The notes: a model not told the origin generated them from the letters alone. Shown: positions 17,674 to 26,015, numbered from the stretch's first letter. The stretch is DNA of 30,960 bases from Actinomycetota bacterium (GCA_046731795.1 JBKPLV010000262.1:1-30960), one strand, 5' to 3'. Made by a program: numbers and translations.

Positions 17674-18240
17674 CTACTCCGGAAGCCAGCCCGCGCGGAA
17701 CGAGGTCGGCTCGCGACCCGGAACGGTGCTGTAGGCGACGCTGCCGTCCACGGTTTCCGCCTCGACGCTCGCGCCATGCCGGCCGGCAACCTCGTCGGCC
17801 GTGAACCCGATCGAGTTCTCCAGTCCGTCGTGCGCGCGCGAGCCGACAGCGACGACGACACATGGCCCGTTTCCCGCACCGACGAGCACGTGGTTCGTGC
17901 CCGGCGGGCAGTGGAAGAAGTCCCAGGCGCGCAGCGCTCGCTCCTCGCCCTCGACGATCAGCGTCGCCTCGCCGTGCACAACCAGCAAACCCTCCTGATC
18001 CGCCTCCCAGTGGTACATCGCGTTCGCCTCGCCCGGCTGGAGGACGAACGGGTTGACGCCCAGTTGGTCGGACGCGCGCCGCCAGCCCTCGAAATCGTCC
18101 GAGACCACGCAGACCGCGCCGCGCCCCTCGGCATGGCGCCACTCGGCGTCGCGCATGTTGAGGACGTACCAGCCGCCTCCCACCGGGTTGAGCCCGTGCT
18201 CGGTCCGCTCGAGCTTCGCTTCGGGAACCGCGTCGCGCAC
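17674..18240 (-). CDS. Cupin domain protein
   Basis: LQPGEANAMYHWEADQEGLLVVHGE..L.VEGEER.L..WDFFHCPPGTNH cupin motifs. Confidence 0.88.
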   Translation of the reverse strand: MRDAVPEAKLERTEHGLNPVGGGWYVLNMRDAEWRHAEGRGAVCVVSDDFEGWRRASDQLGVNPFVLQPGEANAMYHWEADQEGLLVVHGEATLIVEGEERALRAWDFFHCPPGTNHVLVGAGNGPCVVVAVGSRAHDGLENSIGFTADEVAGRHGASVEAETVDGSVAYSTVPGREPTSFRAGWLPE

Positions 18241-18246
18241 GGCGCC

Positions 18247-18256
18247 ATGCTAGACA
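18247..18256. promoter_or_regulatory. Overlapping back-to-back -10 elements for leaderless cupin (-) and MFS (+) genes
   Basis: TAGCAT (minus) lies 6 nt before GTG 18240; TAGACA (plus) lies 7 nt before GTG 18264; no SD on either side. Confidence 0.5.
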
Positions 18257-18263
18257 CGCGTGC

Positions 18264-19514
18264 GTGGCGCAAGCGGCGCGGGGCGACCGGGGAGCAGGAA
18301 GGAGCAGCGACGCCCTGCGCATCCTGCTCGTGCAGGCGCTGCGTGCGCTTGCTTACGGACTCGGGAGCGTCCTCATCGGGGTCACGCTTGCCGACCTCGG
18401 CTTTTCGGGCGTGCAGGTCGGGCTCGTGCTCGGAGCGCTCGTGGCAGGTTCCGCGCTCGTCTCGGTCGTCCTCGCCCGCTACGGGGAGCGTCTCGGGAGG
18501 CGGCGCTGGTACGTCGGCCTGCTCGTGGTCATGGGCATTGCGGGAACCGTGTTCGCACTCACCGGCTCGGTCTGGCTCCTCGTCCTGGCCGCGCTCACCG
18601 GCACGGTCTCGACGGAGGTCGTGGAATCGGGGCCGTTCACCTCGCTCGAGCAGGCAATGCTTCCCAACGCTGCGGAGGGACACGACCCCACACGGCTCTT
18701 CGGGACCTACAACACCATCGCCGCGGTCGCGGGCTCGATGGGCGCGCTCGCTGCCATTGCCACGCGCGCGGTCGACATCGAGCCACAGCGATTCCTCCTC
18801 GCCTACCCGATCGTGGCGGCGGCGGCGGTCGCCGTCGCCGTCGGTCTGTCCGCGCACGTCGAGGCCCGTCGCATCGAACCGGCCGCTCCGCGCAGGCCGC
18901 TCGAGGCCTCGCGCGGAATCGTGGCTCGTCTCAGCGGCCTCTTCGCCCTCGACTCGTTCGGCGGAGGCTTCGTCACGCTGGCGTTCTTCTCCTACTGGTT
19001 CACGGAGAAGTGGGGGACCTCGACCGCGACTCTGGGCGTCGTGTTCTTCGCCATCGGCTTCCTGCAGGCGGGGTCGTTCCAGGTCGCCACGCGACTCGCC
19101 GGGCGTATCGGGCTGCTGAACACGATGGTGTTCACGCACCTCCCCTCCAACGTCCTGCTCGCTCTCGTCCCATTCGCGCCGAGCCAGGGCACGGCCATCG
19201 CGCTCGTCTTCGCTCGCTTCGCACTCTCGCAGATGGACGTGCCGACTCGGCAGGCGTACGTCGTCGCCGTCGTTCCGCCCGACGAGCGCGTCGCGGCCGC
19301 CGCGTACACGAACACCGCGCGGTACGTCGTGAGGCCCATCGGGTCGCTCCTCTCGGGCCCGCTCATCTCGGTCGCGGTAGGCGCTCCGTTCGTGATCGCG
19401 GGAGCGGTGAAGAGCGTGTACGACGTCGGGCTGTACGCCGTCTTCCGGCACGTCGAGGAGCCGCGTCTCGGTGACGACGTCCCGGCCGAGGCCGAGCCCG
19501 AAGGTTTGGGTTGA
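18264..19514 (+). CDS. MFS transporter
   Basis: About 12 hydrophobic segments; motif A-like RYGERLGRRR and RLAGRIGLL; SGPFTSLEQA, DSFGGG and MDVPTRQAY. Confidence 0.9.
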   Translation: MAQAARGDRGAGRSSDALRILLVQALRALAYGLGSVLIGVTLADLGFSGVQVGLVLGALVAGSALVSVVLARYGERLGRRRWYVGLLVVMGIAGTVFALTGSVWLLVLAALTGTVSTEVVESGPFTSLEQAMLPNAAEGHDPTRLFGTYNTIAAVAGSMGALAAIATRAVDIEPQRFLLAYPIVAAAAVAVAVGLSAHVEARRIEPAAPRRPLEASRGIVARLSGLFALDSFGGGFVTLAFFSYWFTEKWGTSTATLGVVFFAIGFLQAGSFQVATRLAGRIGLLNTMVFTHLPSNVLLALVPFAPSQGTAIALVFARFALSQMDVPTRQAYVVAVVPPDERVAAAAYTNTARYVVRPIGSLLSGPLISVAVGAPFVIAGAVKSVYDVGLYAVFRHVEEPRLGDDVPAEAEPEGLG

Positions 19515-19554
19515 CATGACCAGAACCTCGCGCTAAGGTAAAGGTCATGGTGAC
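19510..19554 (+). promoter_or_regulatory. Sigma-70/HrdB-type promoter TTGACA-N17-TAAGGT inside an imperfect palindrome (candidate NrtR operator)
   Basis: -35 at 19511-16 and -10 at 19534-39; inverted repeat CATGACC-aga-ACCT-N7-AGGT-aaa-GGTCATG; two GT-N7-AC cores (19510-20, 19544-54). Confidence 0.65.
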
Positions 19555-19560
19555 AAGAAC

Positions 19561-19746
19561 ATGCTCCACGGAGGCCGAGGGCTCCGTGAAGCTCGCAGTC
19601 TCTACGACGGCCGAGAGGAGGCTCTCGTGCAGCTCGGCGCGCTTCCCTTCGAGTACGTCGAGCACCTTGGCCCTGGCGCGCGCGTCCCACCCCCGCCCGG
19701 GGCTTCCGACCGGATCCGGGTTGTGCGACGCGGCAAGAGGCGGTAG
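19561..19746 (+). CDS. Small hypothetical protein (possibly frameshifted from ATG 19547)
   Basis: G/C-ending codons dominate LYDGREEALVQLGALPFEYVEHL; lies directly downstream of the promoter; no family recognised. Confidence 0.35.
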   Translation: MLHGGRGLREARSLYDGREEALVQLGALPFEYVEHLGPGARVPPPPGASDRIRVVRRGKRR

Positions 19747-19788
19747 CCGCCGGGCGACGCTCGCGACGTCCTGGCACCTATCGCTGGA

Positions 19789-20556
19789 GTGGGCGTGAAT
19801 CCGCCGGTCGACAATTCGGGGGTCCCGGAGGGCTATGACCCGTCGCGGTTCCCGCCGTTCGCCGTCACGGTCGACGTGGTCATTCTCACGATGGAGGACC
19901 GCCGGCTCCACGTCCTCCTCGTGCGCCGCGGCGTCGCGCCGTTCGAGGGGATGTGGGCGATCCCCGGCGGGTTCAAGCGACCCGACGAGACGCTAGACGA
20001 GGCTGCCGCGCGGGAGCTCTCCGAGGAAACAGGTCTCGACGGGGCGGCGCTCTTGCACCAGTTCGGGGCCTACGGCGACCCCGGGCGTGACCCACGCATG
20101 AACGTCGTCACGGTCGCGTACCTGGCCGTGCTCCGGGAGGTGCGCGACATCGCCGCCGGGACGGATGCCGCCCACGCGGCGCTCGTCCCCGCCTCGGACG
20201 TCCTCGACGGGACGCTCGACCTTGCGTTCGACCACGACCGGATCGTCCGCGACGCCATCGCCCGCGTGCAGACCGAGCTCGAGAACACCGGCATCGCGAC
20301 GGCGTTCGTCGGCAACACGTTCACGCTCGCGGAGCTCCGCGCGGTCTACGAGGCCGTCTGGGGCGTCCACCTGGACGGCGCCAACTTCCGCCGTAGCGTC
20401 ATCGCCGAGGAGGGGTGGGTGATCCCGACCGGGCGCCGCGCGCGACCGGGTGCCAGCGGGGGCAAGCCGGCGGAGCTCTACCGCGCCGGGGGTATGTGGC
20501 AGCAGGGCGGGCCGATCAGGTTCCCGCAGGGCGACAAGCGGAGGGGGAAGAAGTGA
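19789..20556 (+). CDS. nrtR: NrtR-like transcriptional regulator (Nudix + winged-helix)
   Basis: VTVDVVI..., intact Nudix box GFKRPDETLDEAAARELSEETG, YGDPGRDPR, LAFDHDRI, and wHTH FTLAELRAVYE....LDGANFRR...G.PAELYR. The start may be 19795. Confidence 0.85.
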   Translation: MGVNPPVDNSGVPEGYDPSRFPPFAVTVDVVILTMEDRRLHVLLVRRGVAPFEGMWAIPGGFKRPDETLDEAAARELSEETGLDGAALLHQFGAYGDPGRDPRMNVVTVAYLAVLREVRDIAAGTDAAHAALVPASDVLDGTLDLAFDHDRIVRDAIARVQTELENTGIATAFVGNTFTLAELRAVYEAVWGVHLDGANFRRSVIAEEGWVIPTGRRARPGASGGKPAELYRAGGMWQQGGPIRFPQGDKRRGKK

Positions 20557-21500
20557 GAGCGGTCGTGCACGACCGCTACGGGCCGCCCGAGGTCCTGCGG
20601 ATCGAGGACGTCGAGCGTCCGGTGCCGGCCCCGGATCAGATCCTGGTCCGGATCCACGCGACGACCGTCAACCGCACGGACTGCGGCTGGCGAAGCGGCA
20701 CGCCATTCTTCGCCCGCTACTTCACGGGCGTCCTCCGCCCGAAGCGGCCCACCCTCGGTATGGAGCTCGCCGGCGAGGTGGAAGCGGTCGGCTCCGCCGT
20801 CTCGGAGTTCCAGGTGGGTGATCGCGTGTTCGGCGTCAAGACGTACGGCGCGAACGCCGAGTACGCTGTCCTCCGCGAGAGCGGGCCGGTGGCCCACATG
20901 CCGTCGTCCATGACCTTCGAGGAGGCGGCGGCCGTGTGTGACGGTTTCTGCATCGCGATCTCGTGCCTGCGGGACGCCGATCTTCGCGAGGGACGGCGCC
21001 TACTCGTCTACGGCGCCACCGGGTCGGTCGGGACGGCTGCCGTTCAGCTGGCGCGCCACTGGGGCGCCCACGTCACGGCGGTCGGCAACACGAAGAACGT
21101 CGAGCTCGTGCGCTCGCTCGGCGCCGACCAGGTCGTCGACTACGAGCGCGAGGACTTCACGAAGAACGACGAGACCTACGACGTGATCTTCGACGCGGTC
21201 GGCAAGCATTCGTACCGCCGCTGCCGGCGCTCGCTTGCGCCGGACGGCCGGTTCGTCGAGACGGACCTCGGCTTCATGTGGCACGCGCCGCTTCTCGCGC
21301 TCGTCAGCAAGCGGGTCAAGCTCGGCGTGGGGAAGTACCGCAAGGAGGACGTCGTCTTGTTGAAGGAGCTCATCGAGGTGGGCGAGTACCGCGCGGTGAT
21401 CGACCGCCGCTATCCGCTCGAGGACGTGGTCGAGGCGACGCGCTACGTCGAGACCGGCCAGAAGACCGGCAACGTCGTCCTGACCGTCGCCGTCCCGTAA
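20553..21500 (+). CDS. NAD(P)-dependent MDR oxidoreductase (Zn-free, quinone-reductase-like), paralog 1
   Basis: YGPPEVL, GMELAGEVE.VG..V..F.VGDRVF, YGATGSVG and DVIFDAVG; GTGA overlap with the Nudix stop. Confidence 0.92.
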   Translation: MRAVVHDRYGPPEVLRIEDVERPVPAPDQILVRIHATTVNRTDCGWRSGTPFFARYFTGVLRPKRPTLGMELAGEVEAVGSAVSEFQVGDRVFGVKTYGANAEYAVLRESGPVAHMPSSMTFEEAAAVCDGFCIAISCLRDADLREGRRLLVYGATGSVGTAAVQLARHWGAHVTAVGNTKNVELVRSLGADQVVDYEREDFTKNDETYDVIFDAVGKHSYRRCRRSLAPDGRFVETDLGFMWHAPLLALVSKRVKLGVGKYRKEDVVLLKELIEVGEYRAVIDRRYPLEDVVEATRYVETGQKTGNVVLTVAVP

Positions 21501-22471
21501 TGAAGGCCGTCGTCCACGATCGCTACGGCCCGCCCGAGGTGTTGCACCTCGAGGAGGTGGAGCGGCCGGTTCCGAAGGACGACGAGGTGCTGGTGGCGAT
21601 TCGGGCCACGGCCGTCACGCGCTCGGATGCCCACCTTCGCGCCGGCTCGCCGGTCTTCCAGCGCTTCCAGACGGGGATACGGCGCCCGAAGCGGCGGATC
21701 CTCGGGCACGAGTTCTCAGGCGAGGTCGTCGAGATTGGCTCCGCGGTCGGCGAGTTCCAGATCGGAGACCGTGTCTTCGGGGTGCTCCCCTGGCTCGGTC
21801 TCCGCACGGGCTCGCACGCCGAGCTCGTGGCCGTCCCGGAGCGGTGGCCGCTCGCTCGCATCCCCGACGGGTTGAGCTTCGAGCACGCAGCCGGGGTCGC
21901 AGACGGCGCGCTCCTCGCGCTCAACGCGTACCGGCCCCTGGAGCTGGAAGGCAAGGACGTCCTCGTCTACGGCGCGTCGGGCTCGATCGGGACCGCGGGT
22001 GTTCAGCTCGGGAAGCACCTCGGGGCACGCGTCACCGGCGTCTGTAACGGCGAGAACCTCGAGCTCGTACGCTCGCTCGGGGCAGACGAGGTGATCGACT
22101 ACGAGCGGGAGGACTTCACGCAGAACGGCAAGACGTACGACGTGATCTTCGACGCGGTCGGCAAGCTCACGTTCGGCCGCTGCAAGGCGTCGCTGCGCCC
22201 GGGCGGCGCTTACCTCCCGACCGACGGCCTCCGGAACCTCTTCCTCTGGCTCGTCCACAAGCGTTTCGGCGACCGGAAGGTCGTGTTCGAGCTTCCGCGG
22301 TTCCGGAAGGACGACGTCGTCCTGCTCGCCTCGCTGCTCGCCGACGGCCGCTACCGGCCCGTGATCGACCGGGTGTATCCCTTTGAGGAGGTCGTCGAGG
22401 CTACGCGGTACGTCGAGACCGGCCAGAAGGTTGGCAACGTCGTGCTCACCCTTGACGGTGCGACCGCATGA
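21500..22471 (+). CDS. NAD(P)-dependent MDR oxidoreductase (Zn-free), paralog 2
   Basis: TAATG overlap; YGPPEVL, GHEFSGEV, YGASGSIG, DVIFDAVG and GQKVGNVV. Confidence 0.92.
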   Translation: MKAVVHDRYGPPEVLHLEEVERPVPKDDEVLVAIRATAVTRSDAHLRAGSPVFQRFQTGIRRPKRRILGHEFSGEVVEIGSAVGEFQIGDRVFGVLPWLGLRTGSHAELVAVPERWPLARIPDGLSFEHAAGVADGALLALNAYRPLELEGKDVLVYGASGSIGTAGVQLGKHLGARVTGVCNGENLELVRSLGADEVIDYEREDFTQNGKTYDVIFDAVGKLTFGRCKASLRPGGAYLPTDGLRNLFLWLVHKRFGDRKVVFELPRFRKDDVVLLASLLADGRYRPVIDRVYPFEEVVEATRYVETGQKVGNVVLTLDGATA

Positions 22472-23442
22472 AGGCCGGCGTGCACGAGCGGTACGGGCCG
22501 CCGCGCGACGTGGTCGAGATCGGCGAGCTCCCTCGGCCCGAGCCCGGCGCGAACGAGGTCCTGGTCCGGGTACGCGCTGCGTCGCTCAACATTGCCGACT
22601 GGTACGCGGTGACGGGACGACCATTGGTCGCACGTCCGTCGCAGGGCCTGCGGCGTCCGAAGGAGACCCGGATCGGCGTCGACTACGCGGGCGTTGTGGA
22701 AGCGGTGGGGAGCGAGGTCACCGACTTCGGGCCGGGAGACGAGGTGTTCGGAGGCCGGACCGGGGCCTGCGCCGAGTACCTCCTGGCGAAGGCGGACCGC
22801 GCGATCGTCCACAAGCCCGAGAACGTGTCCTTCGAGGGGGCAGCGGCCGTAGGAGTCGCCGCGACGACGGCGCTGCAGGCGATCCGCGATCACGGGAAGC
22901 TCGAGCAAGGCCAGCAGGTCCTCGTCCACGGCGCGTCCGGCGGCGTCGGCACGTACGCCGTCCAGATCGCGAAGGCGCTCGGCGGCCAGGTCACGGCCGT
23001 GTGCGGGCCGCGCGGCGTCGACATCGCGCGCTCACTGGGTGCTGACGTCGTCCTCGACTACACGCAAGAGGACGTCGCGCGTGGCGGCCGTCGCTTCCAC
23101 GTTGTGATCGACGTCGCCGGGACGCGGTCGTTTCGGGAGCTGCGGCGGGTGCTTACGCCCGACGCGACCGTCGTGGTCGTCGGCGGAAAGCGGGCCAATC
23201 GGCTGCTCGGGCCGCTCGCGCACGTGGTGAGCAGCAGAGTGGGCTCGATGTTCTCGAGTCAGCAGGCGGTGTTCTTCCTCGCGAAGCTCGGCAAGGCCGA
23301 CATGGAGACGCTGCGCGAACTCCTCGAGGCTGGGAAGGTGCGGCCGGTCATCGACAGCACGTATCCGCTCGACGGGCTCGCCGACGCCCTCGAGCACATG
23401 GGCAGCGGCCATCCGCAGGGCAAGATCGTCGTGAGCGTGTGA
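22468..23442 (+). CDS. NAD(P)-dependent MDR oxidoreductase (Zn-free), paralog 3
   Basis: ATGA overlap; YGPP, GVDYAGVVE.VG, HGASGGVG and GKIVV. Confidence 0.92.
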   Translation: MKAGVHERYGPPRDVVEIGELPRPEPGANEVLVRVRAASLNIADWYAVTGRPLVARPSQGLRRPKETRIGVDYAGVVEAVGSEVTDFGPGDEVFGGRTGACAEYLLAKADRAIVHKPENVSFEGAAAVGVAATTALQAIRDHGKLEQGQQVLVHGASGGVGTYAVQIAKALGGQVTAVCGPRGVDIARSLGADVVLDYTQEDVARGGRRFHVVIDVAGTRSFRELRRVLTPDATVVVVGGKRANRLLGPLAHVVSSRVGSMFSSQQAVFFLAKLGKADMETLRELLEAGKVRPVIDSTYPLDGLADALEHMGSGHPQGKIVVSV

Positions 23443-23458
23443 TGTCCGAGCCGGTCGG

Positions 23459-23830
23459 CTAGGAAGTGGGCCAGCGCGGCGCGCGCGGCTCGAGTGGCTC
23501 GAGCGCGGACCAGTCCTCGCGCGGAGGCGAGAACACGTCGATAACGACCGCCCCGGCGTCGCCGGCGACGGCCGAGTGCGGTGTGCTCGACGGGATCCGC
23601 CAGGTTCCGCCCGGCATCAGCGTCCGCTCCTCCTCGCCGATGCGGAGGCGCAGCGAGCCCTCGATCACCATCCCGAATTGCTCGTTCACGTGCTCGTGCT
23701 CGGGAAGCGGCGCACCGGGCGCGACCTCCACGATCGCGACGGTGAGGTGCTCGCCGTGGAATGCCCGGGCGAGATATCCCTCGGTGAGCAGCTGGGGCGG
23801 AATGGCGTGCAGCTCCTCGAATGCGCTCAT
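23459..23830 (-). CDS. Cupin domain protein
   Basis: PEHEHVNEQFGMVIEG and IPSSTPH metal-binding motifs; TACGGT -10 lies 6 nt before ATG. Confidence 0.9.
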   Translation of the reverse strand: MSAFEELHAIPPQLLTEGYLARAFHGEHLTVAIVEVAPGAPLPEHEHVNEQFGMVIEGSLRLRIGEEERTLMPGGTWRIPSSTPHSAVAGDAGAVVIDVFSPPREDWSALEPLEPRAPRWPTS

Positions 23831-23843
23831 GGCTGCACCGTAA

Positions 23844-23864
23844 CGCAGGCGTGCCACGCCTGCG
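23844..23864. promoter_or_regulatory. Perfect 21-bp palindrome between divergent cupin and GNAT genes (candidate operator)
   Basis: CGCAGGCGTG-C-CACGCCTGCG lies between the two predicted -10 elements. Confidence 0.5.
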
Positions 23865-23883
23865 CTTGGCACGATCTCGCGAC

Positions 23884-24369
23884 GTGGAGATCCGCGACCT
23901 CCGCCCCGACGAGACGCCGTTCCTGGAGGAGATGCTCCTCGCCGCGCTCGCCTGGAACCCCGAGGTCGAGCTGCCGCCCCGCGGGTGGGTGATGGCGCAT
24001 CCGCAGGTGGCGCCGTTCCACCTGAACTGGGGGAACCGCCCGGGCGACACGGCGCTCGTCGCGGACGAGGAGGGCACGGCGCTCGGCCTCGCGTGGTTTC
24101 GCTACTTCACGGAGACGGAGCACGGAGAGGGGTTCGTCGACGAGCAGACGCCGGAGGTGGCGATCGCCGTCGTCGACGGGCATCGCGGGCGCGGCCTCGG
24201 TCTCGCGCTGATGGAGGCGATCCACGGCCGGGCGCGCGACCAGGGGGCGACCCGGATCTCGCTCAGCGTTGATCCCGAGAACCCGGCAAAGCGCTTGTAT
24301 CTCAGGCTCGGCTACATCGATATCGCGCCCGACGACGAGAACGGGAGGATGATCCTCGACCTCGGGTGA
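23884..24369 (+). CDS. GNAT family N-acetyltransferase
   Basis: IRDLRPDE.PFL.EML, PEVAIAV...HRGRGLG..LM and ISLSV...NPAKRLY.RLGY. Confidence 0.9.
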   Translation: MEIRDLRPDETPFLEEMLLAALAWNPEVELPPRGWVMAHPQVAPFHLNWGNRPGDTALVADEEGTALGLAWFRYFTETEHGEGFVDEQTPEVAIAVVDGHRGRGLGLALMEAIHGRARDQGATRISLSVDPENPAKRLYLRLGYIDIAPDDENGRMILDLG

Positions 24370-24391
24370 GGCCCGACGTAGGGTCTCGCGA

Positions 24392-25120
24392 GTGGAGGAG
24401 CTCGTGCCGCGGCCGACGACCGGGAGGACCTTCGGCGTCACGTACAAGGTCCGGCTCTCCGACGCGGACGCGACCGGACGGCTCCGGTTGGATGCCGTCG
24501 CCCGCTTCCTCCAGGACGCGGCCGTGGACGACGTGGGGGAGACGGGCTGGGGTGCCCCCGAGCACCTGTGGGTGCTCCGGTCCGTGCGGATCGACGTGCT
24601 CGAGCCGTTCCTCGCCGACGAGCTGGTCGACATCGTGACGTGGGGGAGCAGCTTCTCGGCGCTCGCGGCCGGGCGCCGGTGGTCGCTGTGCGGCGACGCC
24701 GGCGGCTCGATCGAGGTCGACAGCACGTGGATCCATCTCGGCCCGGACGCTCGCCCCGCTCGCATCGGGGAGGGCTTCGAGGACTACGCGGAGGCGGCTC
24801 AGGGGCGCACCGCCTCGACGAAGCTCACGCTCGCTCCTCCCGCGACCGGCGCCGATCGCCGTGTCTGGACGCTCCGTGCCACCGACGTCGACCGGATGGG
24901 ACACGTCAACAACGCCGCGTACTGGGAGGCCGTGGAGCAGCGCGCGAGCGAGATCGGCCTCGACCTGCGGCTGCCGCACCGTGCGCGGCTCGACTACCGG
25001 CACCCCATCGACCTCGGGGAGAAGGTCGAGCTCGCAGAGCACGTCCACGACGGGCGCTACGGCGTCGCGTTCATGGTCGGGGAGGTCGTGAAGGCGGTGG
25101 CCCGCGTCGAGCCCCTCTAG
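24392..25120 (+). CDS. Acyl-ACP thioesterase (double hot-dog) family protein
   Basis: VRLSDAD.TGRLRLDA.ARFLQDAA, WVLR and LRATDVDRMGHVNNAAY; TAGGGT -10 lies 7 nt before GTG. Confidence 0.88.
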   Translation: MEELVPRPTTGRTFGVTYKVRLSDADATGRLRLDAVARFLQDAAVDDVGETGWGAPEHLWVLRSVRIDVLEPFLADELVDIVTWGSSFSALAAGRRWSLCGDAGGSIEVDSTWIHLGPDARPARIGEGFEDYAEAAQGRTASTKLTLAPPATGADRRVWTLRATDVDRMGHVNNAAYWEAVEQRASEIGLDLRLPHRARLDYRHPIDLGEKVELAEHVHDGRYGVAFMVGEVVKAVARVEPL

Positions 25121-25153
25121 GGATCGCGCGTTCTGAGTCAACCGCCCGAGTGC

Positions 25154-25186
25154 TCTCAGCGCGCTCTTAGGACGGATCCCTACGCT
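25154..25186 (+). promoter_or_regulatory. MprA/OmpR-type direct repeat TCTCAG-N5-TCTTAG plus TACGCT -10 (leaderless promoter)
   Basis: Repeat at 25154-70; -10 at 25181-86, 7 nt before ATG 25194. Confidence 0.55.
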
Positions 25187-25193
25187 GGCCGAC

Positions 25194-25919
25194 ATGAGCG
25201 AGCACGGCCATGACCATGAGGTGGTGCTGAGCCGGCGAGGCGCGCTCGCGAAGCTCGGCGGGCTGGCGGTCATCGCCCTGAGCGGGACTGCGCTCGGGAC
25301 GTGGGAGCTCCTCGATGCCGAGGAGGCCGATGCTGCGGGAAACGGTCCGGAGGCCGTCTCCTCGGGGCTCGTCGGCTGCGTGCTCGCTCCCGAGCAGACC
25401 GAGGGGCCGTACTACGTCGAGGACGCCGCGGTTCGCAGGAACGTCACGGACGGGAAGCCCGGCGTCGCCTTGACGCTCAGGCTCGCCGTCGTCAACGTCG
25501 CGAGCTGCAGACCGATCAAGGGCGCCGCCGTCGAGATCTGGCACTGCGACGCCTCGGGCGTGTACTCGGGTGTCCAGGGCGACACGGGGATGTTCCTCCG
25601 CGGCGTCCAGCGGACGGACGCGAAGGGCCTCGCGCTCTTCAGGACGATCTACCCGGGCTGGTACCAGGGACGGACCGTGCATATCCACACGAAGGTGCAC
25701 CTCGGCGGCAACGTGGTGCACACGGGCCAGCTGTACTTCTCCGACCCCGTGACGGACGTCGTCTATCGGCGGAGCCCCTACAACCAGCGGCCGAACCGCA
25801 ATCCGAGGAACGCAGGCGACAGCATCTACTCGAACGGCGGCAAGCGCTCGACGCTGAAGCTCGCCCGGAACGGCTCCGCCTACGTCGGCTCGATCACGAT
25901 GGGAGTCCAGCGGTCGTAG
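25194..25919 (+). CDS. Tat-exported intradiol ring-cleavage dioxygenase-like protein
   Basis: SRRGAL Tat motif plus hydrophobic stretch; EGPYY, EIWHCDA.G.YS and YPGWYQGRTVHIH (Tyr/Tyr/His/His iron ligands). Confidence 0.88.
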   Translation: MSEHGHDHEVVLSRRGALAKLGGLAVIALSGTALGTWELLDAEEADAAGNGPEAVSSGLVGCVLAPEQTEGPYYVEDAAVRRNVTDGKPGVALTLRLAVVNVASCRPIKGAAVEIWHCDASGVYSGVQGDTGMFLRGVQRTDAKGLALFRTIYPGWYQGRTVHIHTKVHLGGNVVHTGQLYFSDPVTDVVYRRSPYNQRPNRNPRNAGDSIYSNGGKRSTLKLARNGSAYVGSITMGVQRS

Positions 25920-26015
25920 CGACCTCCTCGAAGCCTTCTTCACCATGCGCTCACCACAACCGCTGGCGGGCGTGCTTTCGTATGAACCTCTGAGCACCGA
26001 CAGAAGGGACGTCGC

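Noticed and set aside
16523-19517. Very long alternative ORFs (599 aa minus, 685 aa plus, 519 aa minus)
   Set aside because: Shadow frames of well-supported genes; Arg/Ala/Gly-rich with no motifs, expected in high-GC DNA.
19547-19640. Possible degenerate MerR N-terminus (G-SVK...LYD) and MerR-like ACCT-N7-AGGT dyad
   Set aside because: The similarity needs several indels, and the promoter spacer is 17 nt rather than the 19 nt typical of MerR targets.
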